A DNA stretch of 64,000 bases from Podarcis tiliguerta (lineage: Eukaryota), in NCBI GenBank assembly GCA_965153285.1, contig OZ229129.1; one strand, written 5' to 3'. The position numbers were made by a program, and so were the translations under genes. This document shows, in pieces, positions 24,339 to 36,327 of this stretch (position 1 is the first letter of the stretch; each line of letters begins with the position of its first letter). The notes under the pieces are model-generated. The model made no database searches, was not told where the DNA came from, and was given only the letters and a program-made list of their open reading frames with translations.

Positions 24339-27296
24339 CAGTGTAGAGGTTCTTTTTGAAGATGGAGCAGCAGAACCAACATTAAGGGTAGGTCTATCTT
24401 GTGCCTGGGGGGAAAATCTGACCCACTCAGCTGAATGTGGAGGAGGATCCTGAATCCGGTTGCTGGGAGGAAGGGCAGAAGCATAATTCCAGAAACCTCC
24501 AAAACTGTGCTTGCACACCTTTTGGAAGGACAGAAGGGCTCTCTCTACTAGAGCCTGGGAGCGTCCTTCCCAGAGCCAGGTGCCTAGCTCAGCTGCAGTG
24601 GCAGTTCTGAATTGACAGTGGTGACAGCAGTTTCTCCACACAGGGCGCTGCTGAGCTGAGAGATGCACAATTAAGAAGATCCACTTGAGGGCGCTCACAC
24701 AGGCTTCTCACAGGCGCCATTTTATGAAAGATTGCAATCTCCATCCATTTTGTGTGGCTTTTGGAGCACGACGCGAAGGCTCTGGGATGGTCAGAGCCCT
24801 GTCCCCCCTTCCGAAAGCCGGAACCCTTACAGCCGTTCCAAGTCCACAGAAAAATCAACTGGGCTCATTTACTTCAGAACTGGGGGGGAAACCAACCTTG
24901 TCCTGTTCTTTAAGTGTCTTTCTTCCCTTTCCCCCCTTTTTATGTGCATGTTTCTTTGTGTTTCTGTGTCTCCTTCATATCAAAGAATATTTTTCATGTT
25001 TAGTAATAGAATTAAATTTTTAGGGAACAATCTCTCACCTTATATTTGATAGCTATACTGCGAATTAGGTTTACACCTTTCAATTTAGAGAAAATGTGCT
25101 AATTTAAAAATTATCTGTATTATAAAATCACAGCTGTAACAATATGTTAAAGATAAGTAAAAATGTGTTAATTTTTTATCCTTAAGCAGTAGCAGTTGGC
25201 AGGACACTACCTCGTTCATCTCTACACAGTTCTGTCCTTATTTCATACATCGTGTTATCTTGGTATACCGCGATGTTTAGCTGGTGAAATATCACGATGC
25301 TGAAAAGCAGACAGAGCCCAGCCCTGGTTGCAGTCCTTTTCATTTCTGAGCTATGTTTATGAAGGAGGTTAATTTTACTCTCCGTTCTTTTTCAAGCGGA
25401 ACCTCATATATGACACAATACATTGCTTGTAGAACCTGCTTTTCTTGTGGAACCTTCTCCTGAGGTACTTATTACCATTTCCGTCCATTTTTCCTTTTTC
25501 GTATTTACATAGAGCTATGCTATTTCAGACCATTAAAAAATCTGAATACACCTCTAGTGGTGGAACACCAGAATTGCATAGACACTTCCTTGTACAAAAA
25601 GATACCACTGAACCACTGTGCGTAATTGTGTTTCTTCTAATGATGGTTTCCAAGAAAAGCAGTTGCCCTTCAGTTTTCGGCTTTTAAGGGCTTCTGTTTT
25701 ATTACCTCAGGAGAGCCATCCCCTTATCTCACTTGAAAGGACAACTGTCTCTCCTCTCATGTAGAGGGGATTTGTGAAGACGGACTGACTTGATTTGTGC
25801 TCCAGAGAGTTCACTTCAGTGCTGCTAATGAAGCGGAACCAACATTAATGGTGGATGTTTCTTGTGCCTGGTGGCAAAATCTGACCCACTCAGCTGATTG
25901 TGGAGGAGAATCCTTTTGGGGGTGGGAGCAGAGGTGTCAAACCATAAACAACCAGAACCGCGCTTGCCCACCTTTCGGAAGGACAAGAACGGCTCTAGAA
26001 CCTGCCAGAGCCCGATAATTTCCTTCCCAAAAGCTCAGCTGTAGTGGCAGGGCTGGATTGACAGTGGTGCCAGCAATATTTGAGAGGTGCTGTCAGTTTC
26101 TCTGCACAGGGCGCCTCTTAGCTGAGGTGGTGCACAATTAAAAAGATCCACTTGAGGGCGCCAAACATAGGTTTCCACAGAGGGTGCCATTTCAGGAAAG
26201 ATTGCGAAGTCCGTCCATTTTGTGTGGCTTTTGGAGTGCAGCATGAGGGCTCTGGGATGCGCTAGAGCTCTGCCACCACCCAAAGCAGGAAGTCTAGTAA
26301 GTGCTTGCGCAATTTTGGGAAGGAGGTAAGGGCTCTGGGCTGCTACCAAAGCCCTGACACCGCCTTCCCAAAGCCTGGTAAACCTTATGCAAATGTAGCA
26401 GCTTGACTTGTGGAAAAATAAACTGGGGTTATTTACTTAGTTTAAAAAATGCAAATAAATCTTGCCCTGTTGTTTTAGCCTCATAGCTCCCTTCTCTCCT
26501 ACTGTGTGTTTGTGTGTGTGCATTTCTCTGTGTTTCTGCGTCTCCCTCATGTCACAGAATTTGATTTTTTAATATTTAGTAATAGTTAAATTTGTGGGCA
26601 CAAAATCTCACATTACCTTTGATATTTATGCTATTAATTACTTCCACAGCTAAAGCTTTTCTGTATCTTAGAGTCACAGTTGTAACAATACATTAAAGTA
26701 AGCAAAAAGTTATCTGTTTTAAACACCTAAGCAGTAGCAGTTGGCAGGACATTACCTCAATTAGCCTCTACATAGTTCTGTCATTATTTTAGATATAATA
26801 TTATTCTGGTATACTGCGATATTTAGCTGGCGAAACATCACAATCTTTAAAACCAGATGTAGCCCAACTTTACTTGCAGCCCTTTTCATTTCTAAAATTA
26901 AACTAAAATTAAAATTAAACATATGTTTAATTTCTGACCCAGGGTGTTCATTTCAGTCTTTCAATTCCCATGCCTTTTGATATAGTAGAAACTCATATAT
27001 GATTTAATAATAGTAATAATGTTTTATTTATACCCCACCCATCTGGCCGGGTTTTTCCCTGCATACCATATGGAACTGGTAGACTGCTGCTCTGGATGCA
27101 GAATTGACCTGTGCCTCCATGGACAGCTGTGAGTCCAAAATGACTCCCAGGCTGCTTACCTGCTCCTTCAGGGGCACAATTACCCCATTCAGGACCAGGG
27201 AGTCCTCCACACCCACCCTTTCCCTGTCTCCCCAAAACAGTACTTCTATCTTGTCAGGATTCAACCTCAAACTGTTAGCTGCCATCCATCCTCCAG

Positions 27297-29785
27297 TGTA
27301 GCCTTTCTAGGCCCTTTTAACCATGGGTAGGAAAGCGTTGTCCCTGGAGAGAGGCGAAAAGAGTCAAACGACACCAAGGGGGTTAAATCCAGAGAAAGAG
27401 CTTTATTCTGCCATTCCCGGGGGGGGGGGGGGAGAAGGAACAAGTGTGATAGATTCACAAAACAAGCATGAGTTCACAGTCATTTGCACAGAGCATATAT
27501 TCCCCTTCCAGTTCCCTCCCCTTTCTCCTCCTCTTCAAGAGTCCTGCCCCATGTGTTTCCTGAGCATGAACAGAAAGCTCCTGTCTTGGGACTCTTTTGG
27601 ATTCTTCTTGGAAACGGGATGAGAAGCCAAGGGGGTTGAGCCGCCTTGCGGTTCAGCATGTCCAAGATGTTGCAACTGAATGAGATAAAAGTCAGTTCTC
27701 AGGCTTGCTTTGAACAGAGCCTATTCATTAACTTTTTGAAGCCTTCTCGTACTGATAAAAGTAACGGTTTGCCTATGCACAGCATCTTGTGAGAAAAGCA
27801 GAGGAAAACTTTAGCTGTGGATTTTTAGAAGAGAGAAAGGAATTTTGGACAGTTTTTAGGCCTGGTTGGGAGGGTGTGACTTCGGGCCTAGGTGGAGTCA
27901 CCTGTCCTCACCTCCTTCATTCCCCCCTCTTAATTTTTGGGCAACCTTTCCAGGCTCGTCCCAAATGGGCCACTATCCTTTCTTGAGGCCACTGATGCTT
28001 GCCCCAATTTTTGGGAGCTGCCTCCTGCAATTGTTGCTAGGTCAGCTGAACGCCTCCTTCAACGGGGTGCAGAGTTTATCAGGTCAGGAAGCAAACTCCA
28101 TGCTTGCCACATGTTCTCGTTCTTGAGCAGATCCACTACCTCCCCCTTCTGAAGCCCACACCAAGCCAGAAAGAGTTCCTGGGGTGGACTCAGGCGTAAC
28201 GGTTTGGGCTGGGAAGGTACGATTGTGGAGGTCTCTACACATGTCAGATTGTTACTGGCACTCTTTGATTTATTTTGACACAAAGCTAGCCAGTAATTCG
28301 GTGAACCTGGAAAAGGGATGGAATGATTCCATTAAAAAAAATGGTTGCCCAGAGGGTGGAAGACAAGAATCGGAACTGTAACTAAGGACTCATTCCAAGG
28401 AACAGGAAGGAGGGGCAGTCCCCCCAGAGCATCTGTAGGTGCCAGAGTGCAGACGGTGCAATTGGTTTGATTTGCAGAATAAGCCACCATTTCTGCCATT
28501 TGCAAAAATACCATCATGGGTACCCACAGCCTTACCCATGCCATTTGTGCACAGGGATCCAGTTATCTATTACCAAGTCAGTGCTGTGGGCCAAGGGGGG
28601 CTTCAGTTAAGTTCTGGAGGCTCTGGGTGGAGCTCTGCCAGGTGGCAAGATAATGAAAGGGGCTGGGGCGTAATTTCCCTGATTGAACGTCCCACAAAAA
28701 CACCCTCCTCTGCAGGGGTGGTGTAAGGCTATCCAGGGGCCCAGCAACCTTCTATAAAAACTGTATATGCAAAGGGAAAGAAAAGAAAATGAGAAAATGT
28801 CCTCTTTCAATCCATGCTGGATTATTGAACCGTGCAAAACGTCAGCGTCCAGGAGTGACGTCAGCAGGGCAGTAGTTTCGCAGGTGTCGGGTCATCTGGT
28901 GGGTGTCGGGCATCTTGGGTCCCTTCCAACAAGGCTGGAGCGGCATCTGGGTCCAATCACCTCCTCACCCGGTTGATAGGGCGTTCTGGCAAAAGTCCAC
29001 CTGTTAAGAGAAGAGAAAACAAAGACAGCAGCGACTGCACAGAACATATAATTTTCACACAAGGTATAGGTCTAGGGAATGTGGCAGGAAGACTTCGCAC
29101 GTGGAACTGGGCAAGAAGTTAACATGGCAACCCAATTTGACAGTCCTTTTTCTTGGGTTAAGTTTTGCCAGCTGAGATTTTAAAAAGTATTTTTCCTGCA
29201 TTCTGCTTTTTCAGAGCTTTTGCGTGTAATTTTCAGCTCATCTGATTGCTAGTTCTAAGCAGGAGAGACATGGTGTTCCCGTGCACTGGCAAAGTTTCAA
29301 ATTCCTATGCTGCGCATCTTCAATAGCACCTAAAAAGAAAAACTTTTGCAAAGTTCACAGAAAGCATTCACTTGCTTTTTAAGAAAGTCACTTTCCAGGT
29401 TAGTACTTGGGGCAGGGGAGTGGGTAACCCTTGGCCTTCTGGGTTTATGTTGCTTGACTGTAAATCCTAATTGGCTCCAGGCAGTAGCAGGTCAGAGTAG
29501 CTGGCTGGCGAGAATGCAGCAGTGTCCTTCTGAGATAGCAGCCAAGAGATAAGCGCTCTGAAGCTACTTCGAGTGGCTGGCACAAGAAAAGGGGGGGGGG
29601 GGAGCTGATGTCCTATTACTGGCATGATTTTTTAAAAACAGTCTGTTCACTTGCTTTTTGCTGCAACAGTCTTTGAGCAAGAACAGAGATGAGAAGAAAT
29701 CATTTTTTATAAATCTTATTCTGTGTGCTGTTGGATCATTGCCCCAGGCTGGTGAGGTGGGGTCCAGGCCATGGGGTAATACCCC
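27297..29785 (-). mobile_element. Truncated endogenous retrovirus: leader, env remnant, PPT and 3' LTR (LTR 27297-27919)
   Basis: On the minus strand a polypurine tract AAGAGGGGGGAA (27920-27931) is followed by a TG...CA LTR with AATAAA (27402-27407). Env SU-like translation NQTNCTVCTLAP...GLPLLPVPWN (28332-28544). Strong splice acceptor TCTTTGTTTTCTCTTCTTAACAG ending at 29001. Confidence 0.75.
27930..28544 (-). pseudogene. Retroviral envelope (SU-like) remnant, disrupted
   Basis: CxxC-containing NCTVC motif, then a frameshift. An in-frame stop lies in a furin-like R*RRR|S site at ~28050-28064. No recognisable TM subunit follows. Confidence 0.55.
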
Positions 29786-30331
29786 AGGACCTTCAAGAGA
29801 GGTAGAGCTAGGTATCATCTGCATACTGATGAACACCCAGCCCCAACCGCCTGATGTAAGCGGCTTCATGTACATGCTAAAAAGCATGGGGGAGAGGACA
29901 GAACCCTGAGGCACCCCACAAGTGAGAGCCCAGGGGTCTGAACACTCATCCCCCAACACCAATTTCTGAACATGGCCCAGGAGGAAGGAGTGGAACCACT
30001 GTATAACAGTGCCCCCAGCTCCCAGCCCCTCTAGACAGTCCAGCAGGATGTGGTGGTAAATGGTATCAAAGGCTACTGAGAGATCCAGCAGAACTAGGAA
30101 ACAGCTTTCACCTTTGTCTCTAGCCCATTGGAGATCATCAACCAGCGTGACCAAGGAAGTTTCAGTCCCATGATGAGACCCGAATTCCGACTGGAAGGGA
30201 TACAAATGGTCCGAATCCGCCAGGCGTGCCTGGACTTGTTCAGCAACCACCCGCTCAATCACCTAGTTCAAGAATGGAAGATTTGAGACTGGGCAATAGT
30301 TGGCCATATTGGCCGGATCTAAAGTTTATTT

Positions 30332-32868
30332 AAAGCAGAACAAAAAGCCAAACTAATTATAAATTGGGTGATAACGGATGATTGTAAGATCCAAAAAGGA
30401 ACAAGACAAGGATGCCCATTATCACCATTATTGTTTATTCTGGTCTTGGAAGTACTTGCCACAAACATAAGAGCAAATAAAGAGATTACAGGTTTAAAAA
30501 CTGGGGAAAGTGAATTCAAGTTAAAAGTGTATGCAGATGACCTAGTGATAACAGTGGAAGAACCTAAAACTTCACTCCCTAAAGTAACAGAAAAAAATCA
30601 GAATTTTGGGGAAGTGGCAGGATTTAAGCTAAATAGGAATAAAACTAAATTAGTTAAAAACATGAAGGAAGAAGAAAGGACCAAATTAGAACAAAACATC
30701 GAGATTGAAGTCCATAAAAAGGTTAAATATTTAGGGATTTGGTTAACACCAAGAACTATAAACCTATTTAAAAATAACTATGAAAAACTTTGGCTTGAGG
30801 TAAAAAAAAATTTAGAAATATGGAGCAGAATGAATCTCTCAATGTTAGGAAAAATATCGGCGATTAAAATGAATGTGTTGCCAAAAATGATATTTCTTTT
30901 TCAATCAATACCAGTCATCCTGAAAGATGAATGCTTTAAAAAATGGCAGAAAGAGATTTCAAGATTTATAAAAACATAAAACATAAAATACTTACAGATG
31001 TAAAAGATAGAGGCGGGTTTGCCCTCCCAGACCTTAAATTGTATTATGAATCTGCTTGTTTGGTATGGATCAGGACTGGATGAGATTGGATAAGCAAGAG
31101 GCATTAGAACTAGAAGGACATGACAACAGATTTGGCTGGCACACATACTTATGGTACGGGAAAGGGAAGGTTCATAGAAGTTTTTACAACCATATTTGCC
31201 GAATAATTGATACTTTTGAATTATGGTGCTGGAGGAGACTCTTGAGAGTCCCATGGACTGCAAGAAGATCAAACATAGCACAGCCCTAGTTGCAGCCCTT
31301 TTCATTTTTGACCTATGTTTATTTAGGAAGCTCATTTCAGTGGTCAATCTCCATGCCTTTTCAAGTAGCCGAACCTCTTATTTCCTATAATACATTGCCT
31401 GTAGGGACTTAGTGCTGTTTCCTGTCCATTATTCCTTTTCTCATTTTTACATAGTGCTATGCTTTTCCAGTTGCCAACAAAGGTCCGTATAGTTAAAGCT
31501 ATGGTTTTCCCAGTCATGATGTATGGAAGTGAGAGCTGGACCATAAAGAAGGCTGATCGCCGAAGAATTGATGCTTTTGATTATGGTGTTGGAGGAGACT
31601 CTTGAGAGTCCCATGGACTGCAAGAAGATCAAACCTCTCCATTCTGAAGGAAATCAGCCCTGAGCGCTCACTAGAAGGACAGATCCTGAAGCTGAGGCAA
31701 TACTTTAGCCACCTCATGAGAAGAGAAGACTCCCTGGAAAAGACCCTGATGTTGGGAAAGATGGAGGGCACAAGGAGAAGGGGATGACAGAGGATGAGAT
31801 GGTTTGACAGTGTTCTCGAAACTACCAGCATGAGTTTGACTAAACTGCAAGAGGCAGTGGAAGACGGAAGTGCCTGGCGTGCTCTGGTCCATGGGGTCAC
31901 GAAGAGTCGTACACGACTAAATGACTAAACAACAACAATCAAGAAATCACTAATGAGAGTATGGGAGAGATACAAAGACTTATTGGAACAAAAGACCCCG
32001 TGGTGGCTTTCACCACATGAAGCATTACTGCTCAAACCACTTGGAAAGAAAGAAAAATGGCTCACATATGTTGATTTATTAAAGGAACATGATGGAAAAT
32101 GGAAATTAAGAGATTATGATGAGATCAAAGACCACTTTCAGAGTTGGTTGCATTATTTACAACTATATGAAACACATAAAGAGGACAGCAATAAAGGAAA
32201 CTAGTTCAAATATATGTTGGAAGTGTAAGGAAAAGGAGGGGACATTTTATCATATGTGGTGGGATTGTAAGGTAATTTTAAAAAATTGGGAAATGATATT
32301 GAAGAAAATGTTCCATTTAACATTTGTTAAAAAACCTGAAGCATTTTTATTAGGGATTGTAGGGAAAGATATGCCAAAAAAGCTGAAAAACGTCTTCATG
32401 TATGTGACAACAGCCGCGAGAGCTCTGGTAGGACAAGGATGGAAGACTGAAGAAACCCCAACTAAAGAATCATGGCAAGAAAAATTTATGGACTACGCAG
32501 AACTGGCAAAACTAACATACAAGCTACGGGACAAGGATAACTGTGACTTTAAAGATGAATGAGAACCCTTTACAAAGTATTTGAAGACACAACAAAGCGA
32601 ACTGGACTCCTTGGCTGGTTTTGAATAAACAGTCACAAACTTTTTATTGATAATAATCAATTAAATAGTTTGAGGATTTATACAACTGTGTAACATGCAG
32701 AAAACAGCATTTTTAGAGAACTCAAAGACTGGAACTGAGGGAAGTCGGGTGGGATGGGGGGGTGGGTTCTGTGGGGGAGGGAGGGGGAGGGAGGAAAAAT
32801 GGGGGAAAATAAGGATGATATGGTTCTGGATATGTTTTGTTTTAATTTTGAATAAAAGTTATTTTTTT
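30332..32868 (+). mobile_element. 5'-truncated L1-clade LINE nested in the L2
   Basis: RT motifs KGTRQGCPLSPLLF, YADDL and KYLGI (30368-30979). Zinc-knuckle-like CWKC...HMWWDC (~32215-32270). AATAAA near 32851. 12-bp TSD TAAAGTTTATTT at 30320-30331 and 32869-32880. Confidence 0.9.
31196..31938 (+). mobile_element. Chimeric BovB insertion inside the L1: BovB piece (31196-31274), array fragment (31273-31471), BovB 3' end (31471-31938)
   Basis: BovB motifs (FELWCWRRLLRVPWTARRSN; EKTLMLGKMEG) and a (CAA)n tail. The middle ~200 bp matches the array monomer at ~21530-21730. Confidence 0.85.
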
Positions 32869-34500
32869 TAAAGTTTATTTTAAGAAGCAGTTTAATAACT
32901 GCCTCTTTCAGTAGGTCTGGGAAGGCTCCCTCACAGAGAAAAGCATTCACCACCCTGCGGAGCCCACCGTCCAGCCCTTCCCAGCTCGCTTTTATGAGCC
33001 AGGATGGGCAAGGATCAAGGAGACAGGTGGTCGGTTTCACTCGTCCAAGCATCCCTCCACATCCTCAGAGGTAACAGATTGGAATTGATCCCACACAACT
33101 TGACTAGACAGGACTCCAGCACTCTCCCGCCCAAGCACCTGCTCCCACAGTGGTGTCTACCTCCTTCCGAATCTGAGCAATTTTACCTGTAAAAAACTTA
33201 GCAAAATCATTGCAGGAGATATTGGGGCCCTTTTAGTGAAGGTGGTTCTGTTAAATTGCGAACCACCTGAAAGAGTCTTCTGCTGCTGTTTTCTGCAGAT
33301 GCAAAAGAGCCAATGAAGAAGGTCCTCTTCGCCGTTGCTATCGCCACTTGGTAGGCTTGATGTTGAGCTCTAAGCCATGTTCAGTCAGTTTCAGAATGAG
33401 TTTTCTGCCACCGGCGCTCTAACCATCTCAAAGATTGTTTCATTGCCCTCAGCTCTTGGAAAACCACGGGGCTGTCTGGGCTCCATGCAATTGGAGAGGG
33501 CGCTTCAGAGCCAGACAGTCAATAGCCCTGGTTAACTCCACATTCCAGTGGTCCACCAAGGAATCAGCTGAAAGGCCATCAACATGGGATAAAACATCCC
33601 CTACTGCTCTCTGGAAACCATTTGGATCCATTAAGGGGAGGGGGCGGACCATCCGAATCAGTCCCACCTCCCTGCAGATGGGAAGGGTCATGGAGAAGTC
33701 CAGTTGCACCAGGAAGTGATCTGACCATGACACTTCTTTTGTTCTACTTTTACTTAGTGTCAGATCACCCACATCCATAGAGGTGAACACCAGGTCTAAG
33801 GCATGTCCACGACTATGAGTTGGGCCAAACTCATTCATGGATAGCCACATGGAGACTATGCTTTCCACGAAGTCCTGAGCAGCCCCTTGTAAGGTCGTGT
33901 TGGCGTGGATATCAAAATCCCCTAGGACAACCAAACTAGGTGTCTCCAGGAGAACATCTGCCACAACCCGAAGCAGCTTGGGCAGGGAATCCTTTGTGCA
34001 GTGGGGAGGTCAGTGCACCAAAAGAAATCCTGTACTGCCCCTATTGCCCAACTTCCAGAAGATGCACTCAGAGAACTGGGTCTTCCCAATAGGACGCCTG
34101 GTGCAAGCTAATGACTTCCTAAAAATCACTGCAACCCCTCCTCCCTGCCCACATGACCTGAGTTGCTGTGCGTAAGAGAAACCTGGTGGACAAGCAGGGG
34201 CAAGAACAGGCCTATCTGCTTCATCCAACCAAGTCTCTGTTACACATGCCAGGTCAAGTCCTCCATCCATGATCAAGTCATGGATGGCAGTGGTCTTAGG
34301 AATCATTGATCTGGCATTGCACAGCAGCACCTACAGATCATGTGGGTCTCACTTGTTGATTCCACTATCCATCCAGTCAAGACCAGACCCGGAGGCAGGG
34401 ATAGTTCTCAAACAGCGACTAAATCTGCTTCCTTGGTAATGACATGGTCTGGTCTTAGCATAACTCCTCCTCCTACCTGTGATCACTGAGATTGGTTGTT

Positions 34501-35400
34501 CCATACATTGTAATATATATTGTAATATATTGCCTGTAGGACCTGCTTTTCTTGTAGGGTATATTCCTTCTGAGGTATAGTGGTGCCTCGCAAGACGAAA
34601 AGAATCCGTTCCTTGAGTCTCTTCGTCTAGCGGTTTTTTCGTCTTGCGAAGCAAGCCCATTAGCGGATTAGCGGATTAGCGCTATTAGCGGCTATTAGCG
34701 GCTATTAAAGGTTTAAGGGATTAGCGGATTAGCTGCTAAAAGGCTATTAGCAGCTTAGTGCCTTATAAAAAGGGGGTGAGGAGTGAAAAAAAACCCCCAG
34801 GAATCGCAAGACATTTTCGTCTTGTGAGCAAGCCCATAGCAAATTTGTTTTGCGAAGCACCTCCAAAACGGAAAACCCTTTCGTCTAGCGGGTTTTCCGT
34901 CTTGCAAGGCATTCGTCTTGCGGGGCACCACTGTATTTAAGGTTGTTTCCAATCCATTACTCCTGTTCTTATTTTTACATAATGCCATGCTATTTCAGTC
35001 CTAAAGAAAACCCCCCCAATGCACCTCTAGTGGTATAACCCCAGAATTGCACAAATACTTCCTTTTATGAAAAGGTAGTACTGTATTGAGCTTCTGTGCT
35101 CAATAGTGGTTCTTCTAATGCTGGTTCTGAGAAATGGTTGCTGTCTCTTAAGGGCTTCTGATTTGTTTCCTCAGGAACAAACCCTACACAAGTCCACTGG
35201 ATGGTGCATTGTACACCTCTTTGGGCAATTTCTGTTTCCAAATTGGTGCCAAAGGTATAGCACGGCTTTGCTTAGGAGCACAGCTGAGAGGGGAGTCTTG
35301 TTGTCGGGGCAGTCCAGGACCGCCACATACATTGCCCAGGCTTGTTCCCTGGAGAGGTGTTATTTCAGTTTATTATGATGTTTAGCTGGTGATATATCCA
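34501..35400. repeat. Terminal remnant of the tandem array (continuation of the monomer interrupted at ~27008)
   Basis: The sequence resumes at ATTGCCTGTAGGACCTGCT, where the monomer stopped at ACTCATATATGATTTAATA (~27000), and then follows monomer block order with deletions. Confidence 0.85.
34578..34933. mobile_element. Tc1/mariner (Tigger-like) MITE
   Basis: TIRs TAGTGGTGCCTCGCAAGACGAA/TTCGTCTTGCGGGGCACCACTG, TA target duplication, internal TAGCGG tandem repeats. Confidence 0.85.
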
Positions 35401-35668
35401 TTTTTAAGGAAATCAGCCCTGAGTGCTCACTGGAGTCGGACACGACTAAACAACAACAACATACTACAATATGGAAAAATAGACATTGCATAGCCCTAGT
35501 GAAGTTTGGTCCCCCCCCCAGCAGCTTTACAATTTTAAGATACTAAGGAGAAATAAATTACGTAAAGTTGGCCCTGGATTATATATTGGTTCCCTTCCCC
35601 CAATCTGTCCGAAAAGTATATTCATTCATTTTTTAGATTTGGATCACATTCTTCATCACCTCTCCTAG

Positions 35669-36327
35669 TGTTGTAAACAAAAATTGCCCTTTTCCCTTAT
35701 GGGGTATCCAAGAGCCTATATAGAGTCCTTACATAGGTTCCCTATTGGTAGGAGAGAATAACAGAGGCCAACCGGAGAATATTGAGAAGCAAAGCAGCTA
35801 TTAAGCTTGATCTTTATTGATCTGTTGCAACGGGGTGGCTCCCCTCACCCGCAGGAGAGAGGAGGAACCCAGAAAAATGGCATGCAAAGCCTTATAAAGA
35901 CTTTTGAAATTCCCATCCTGTAGATCAAGACCACCCCCAGAAACATCATACATACATCACAGAATGGGTGTAACCTAAGACCTCCCCTCAGATAAATCAC
36001 ACCTACATCACAGAAAATTGTTCATCTCTTGTCTGGCAGGTTACTTGATTGGATCGCCTGGGGAGCCTGGCCATTCTTTTGTAGTGATAAATACTTAGTT
36101 CCTGGGCCAAGTCACAGGCTCACACCCTATTCAAACACAGACATACCCTTAAGACAGGATTTGTGAAGGAAAATACAATGGGGAGGCTTTTCCACTTTGA
36201 CCTTGCAGAGAAAACATTTGCTCAGTTTAGGAATCAAAATGGCTTCAGGTCGGTCTTCCTGTGCTGATCTATGTACGTGTGGTTATGAACATTACCATAT
36301 ATCCAAGACCTCAAAATTCCTATCACA
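35669..36327 (-). mobile_element. Solo LTR
   Basis: TG...CA termini with a 4-bp TSD CTAG (35665-35668, 36328-36331). On the minus strand a TATA-like motif (~35892-35898) lies upstream of AATAAA (35813-35818). Confidence 0.7.

Larger units (their letters stand above)
1..27008. repeat. Degenerate tandem array (macrosatellite-like) of a ~2.1-kb TE-mosaic monomer; continues off the left edge
   Basis: The anchor CCATTTTGTGTGGCTTTTGGAG or a close variant recurs at ~2632, 4793, 6919, 9960, 12013, 13094, 15734, 17100, 19252, 20147, 22672, 24750 and 26220. Spacing is mostly 2.05-2.16 kb, with shorter truncated units and longer insertion-bearing units. Other blocks recur in the same order and orientation (CCCCTAAGCAGTAGCAG, AATTGTGTTTCTTCTAATGATGG, AAAAGGCTAAGGAGTAAACC, GGTTTTGTCAGGGCAGGATG). 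Confidence 0.95.
27009..34500 (-). mobile_element. Decayed L2-clade LINE split into three pieces (27009-27296, ~29786-30319, 32869-~34500) by nested insertions
   Basis: APE endonuclease motifs (LLCNARS, ACVTETWLD, LGDFDIH, HALDLVF, SDHFLV at 33449-34330). RT motifs (LLDLSVAFDTI, GVPQGSVLSPMLF at 29800-30262; LRLNPDKIEVL at 27028-27285). (TAA)n-type 3' tail near 27009. Multiple frameshifts and stops. Confidence 0.9.

Noticed and set aside
25182-25343. Recurrent 53-aa minus-strand ORF (MKRTATRAGLCLLFSIVIFHQLNIAVYQD...) that looks like a signal-peptide-bearing peptide; also open at 17621-17899 and 10402-10602
   Set aside because: It is frameshifted or stopped in other copies checked (~3400, ~23350, ~26765), and changes are largely non-synonymous. 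It also overlaps a TAGGGCTGGG hAT-like terminus, so it is most likely TE-derived noise.
26296-26320. TAAGTGCT, the miR-430/427/302-family seed, within the monomer hairpin
   Set aside because: It lies mostly in the loop rather than at the start of a pairable 3p arm, and it is mutated in several copies (TAAGTTAT, TAAATTAT, TAAGGTCT).
1-27008. Many 60-200-aa ORFs repeated through the array as a possible tandem gene family or endogenous viral element
   Set aside because: Homologous segments appear in different frames and strands among copies, with frequent stops and indels, and I recognised no domain.
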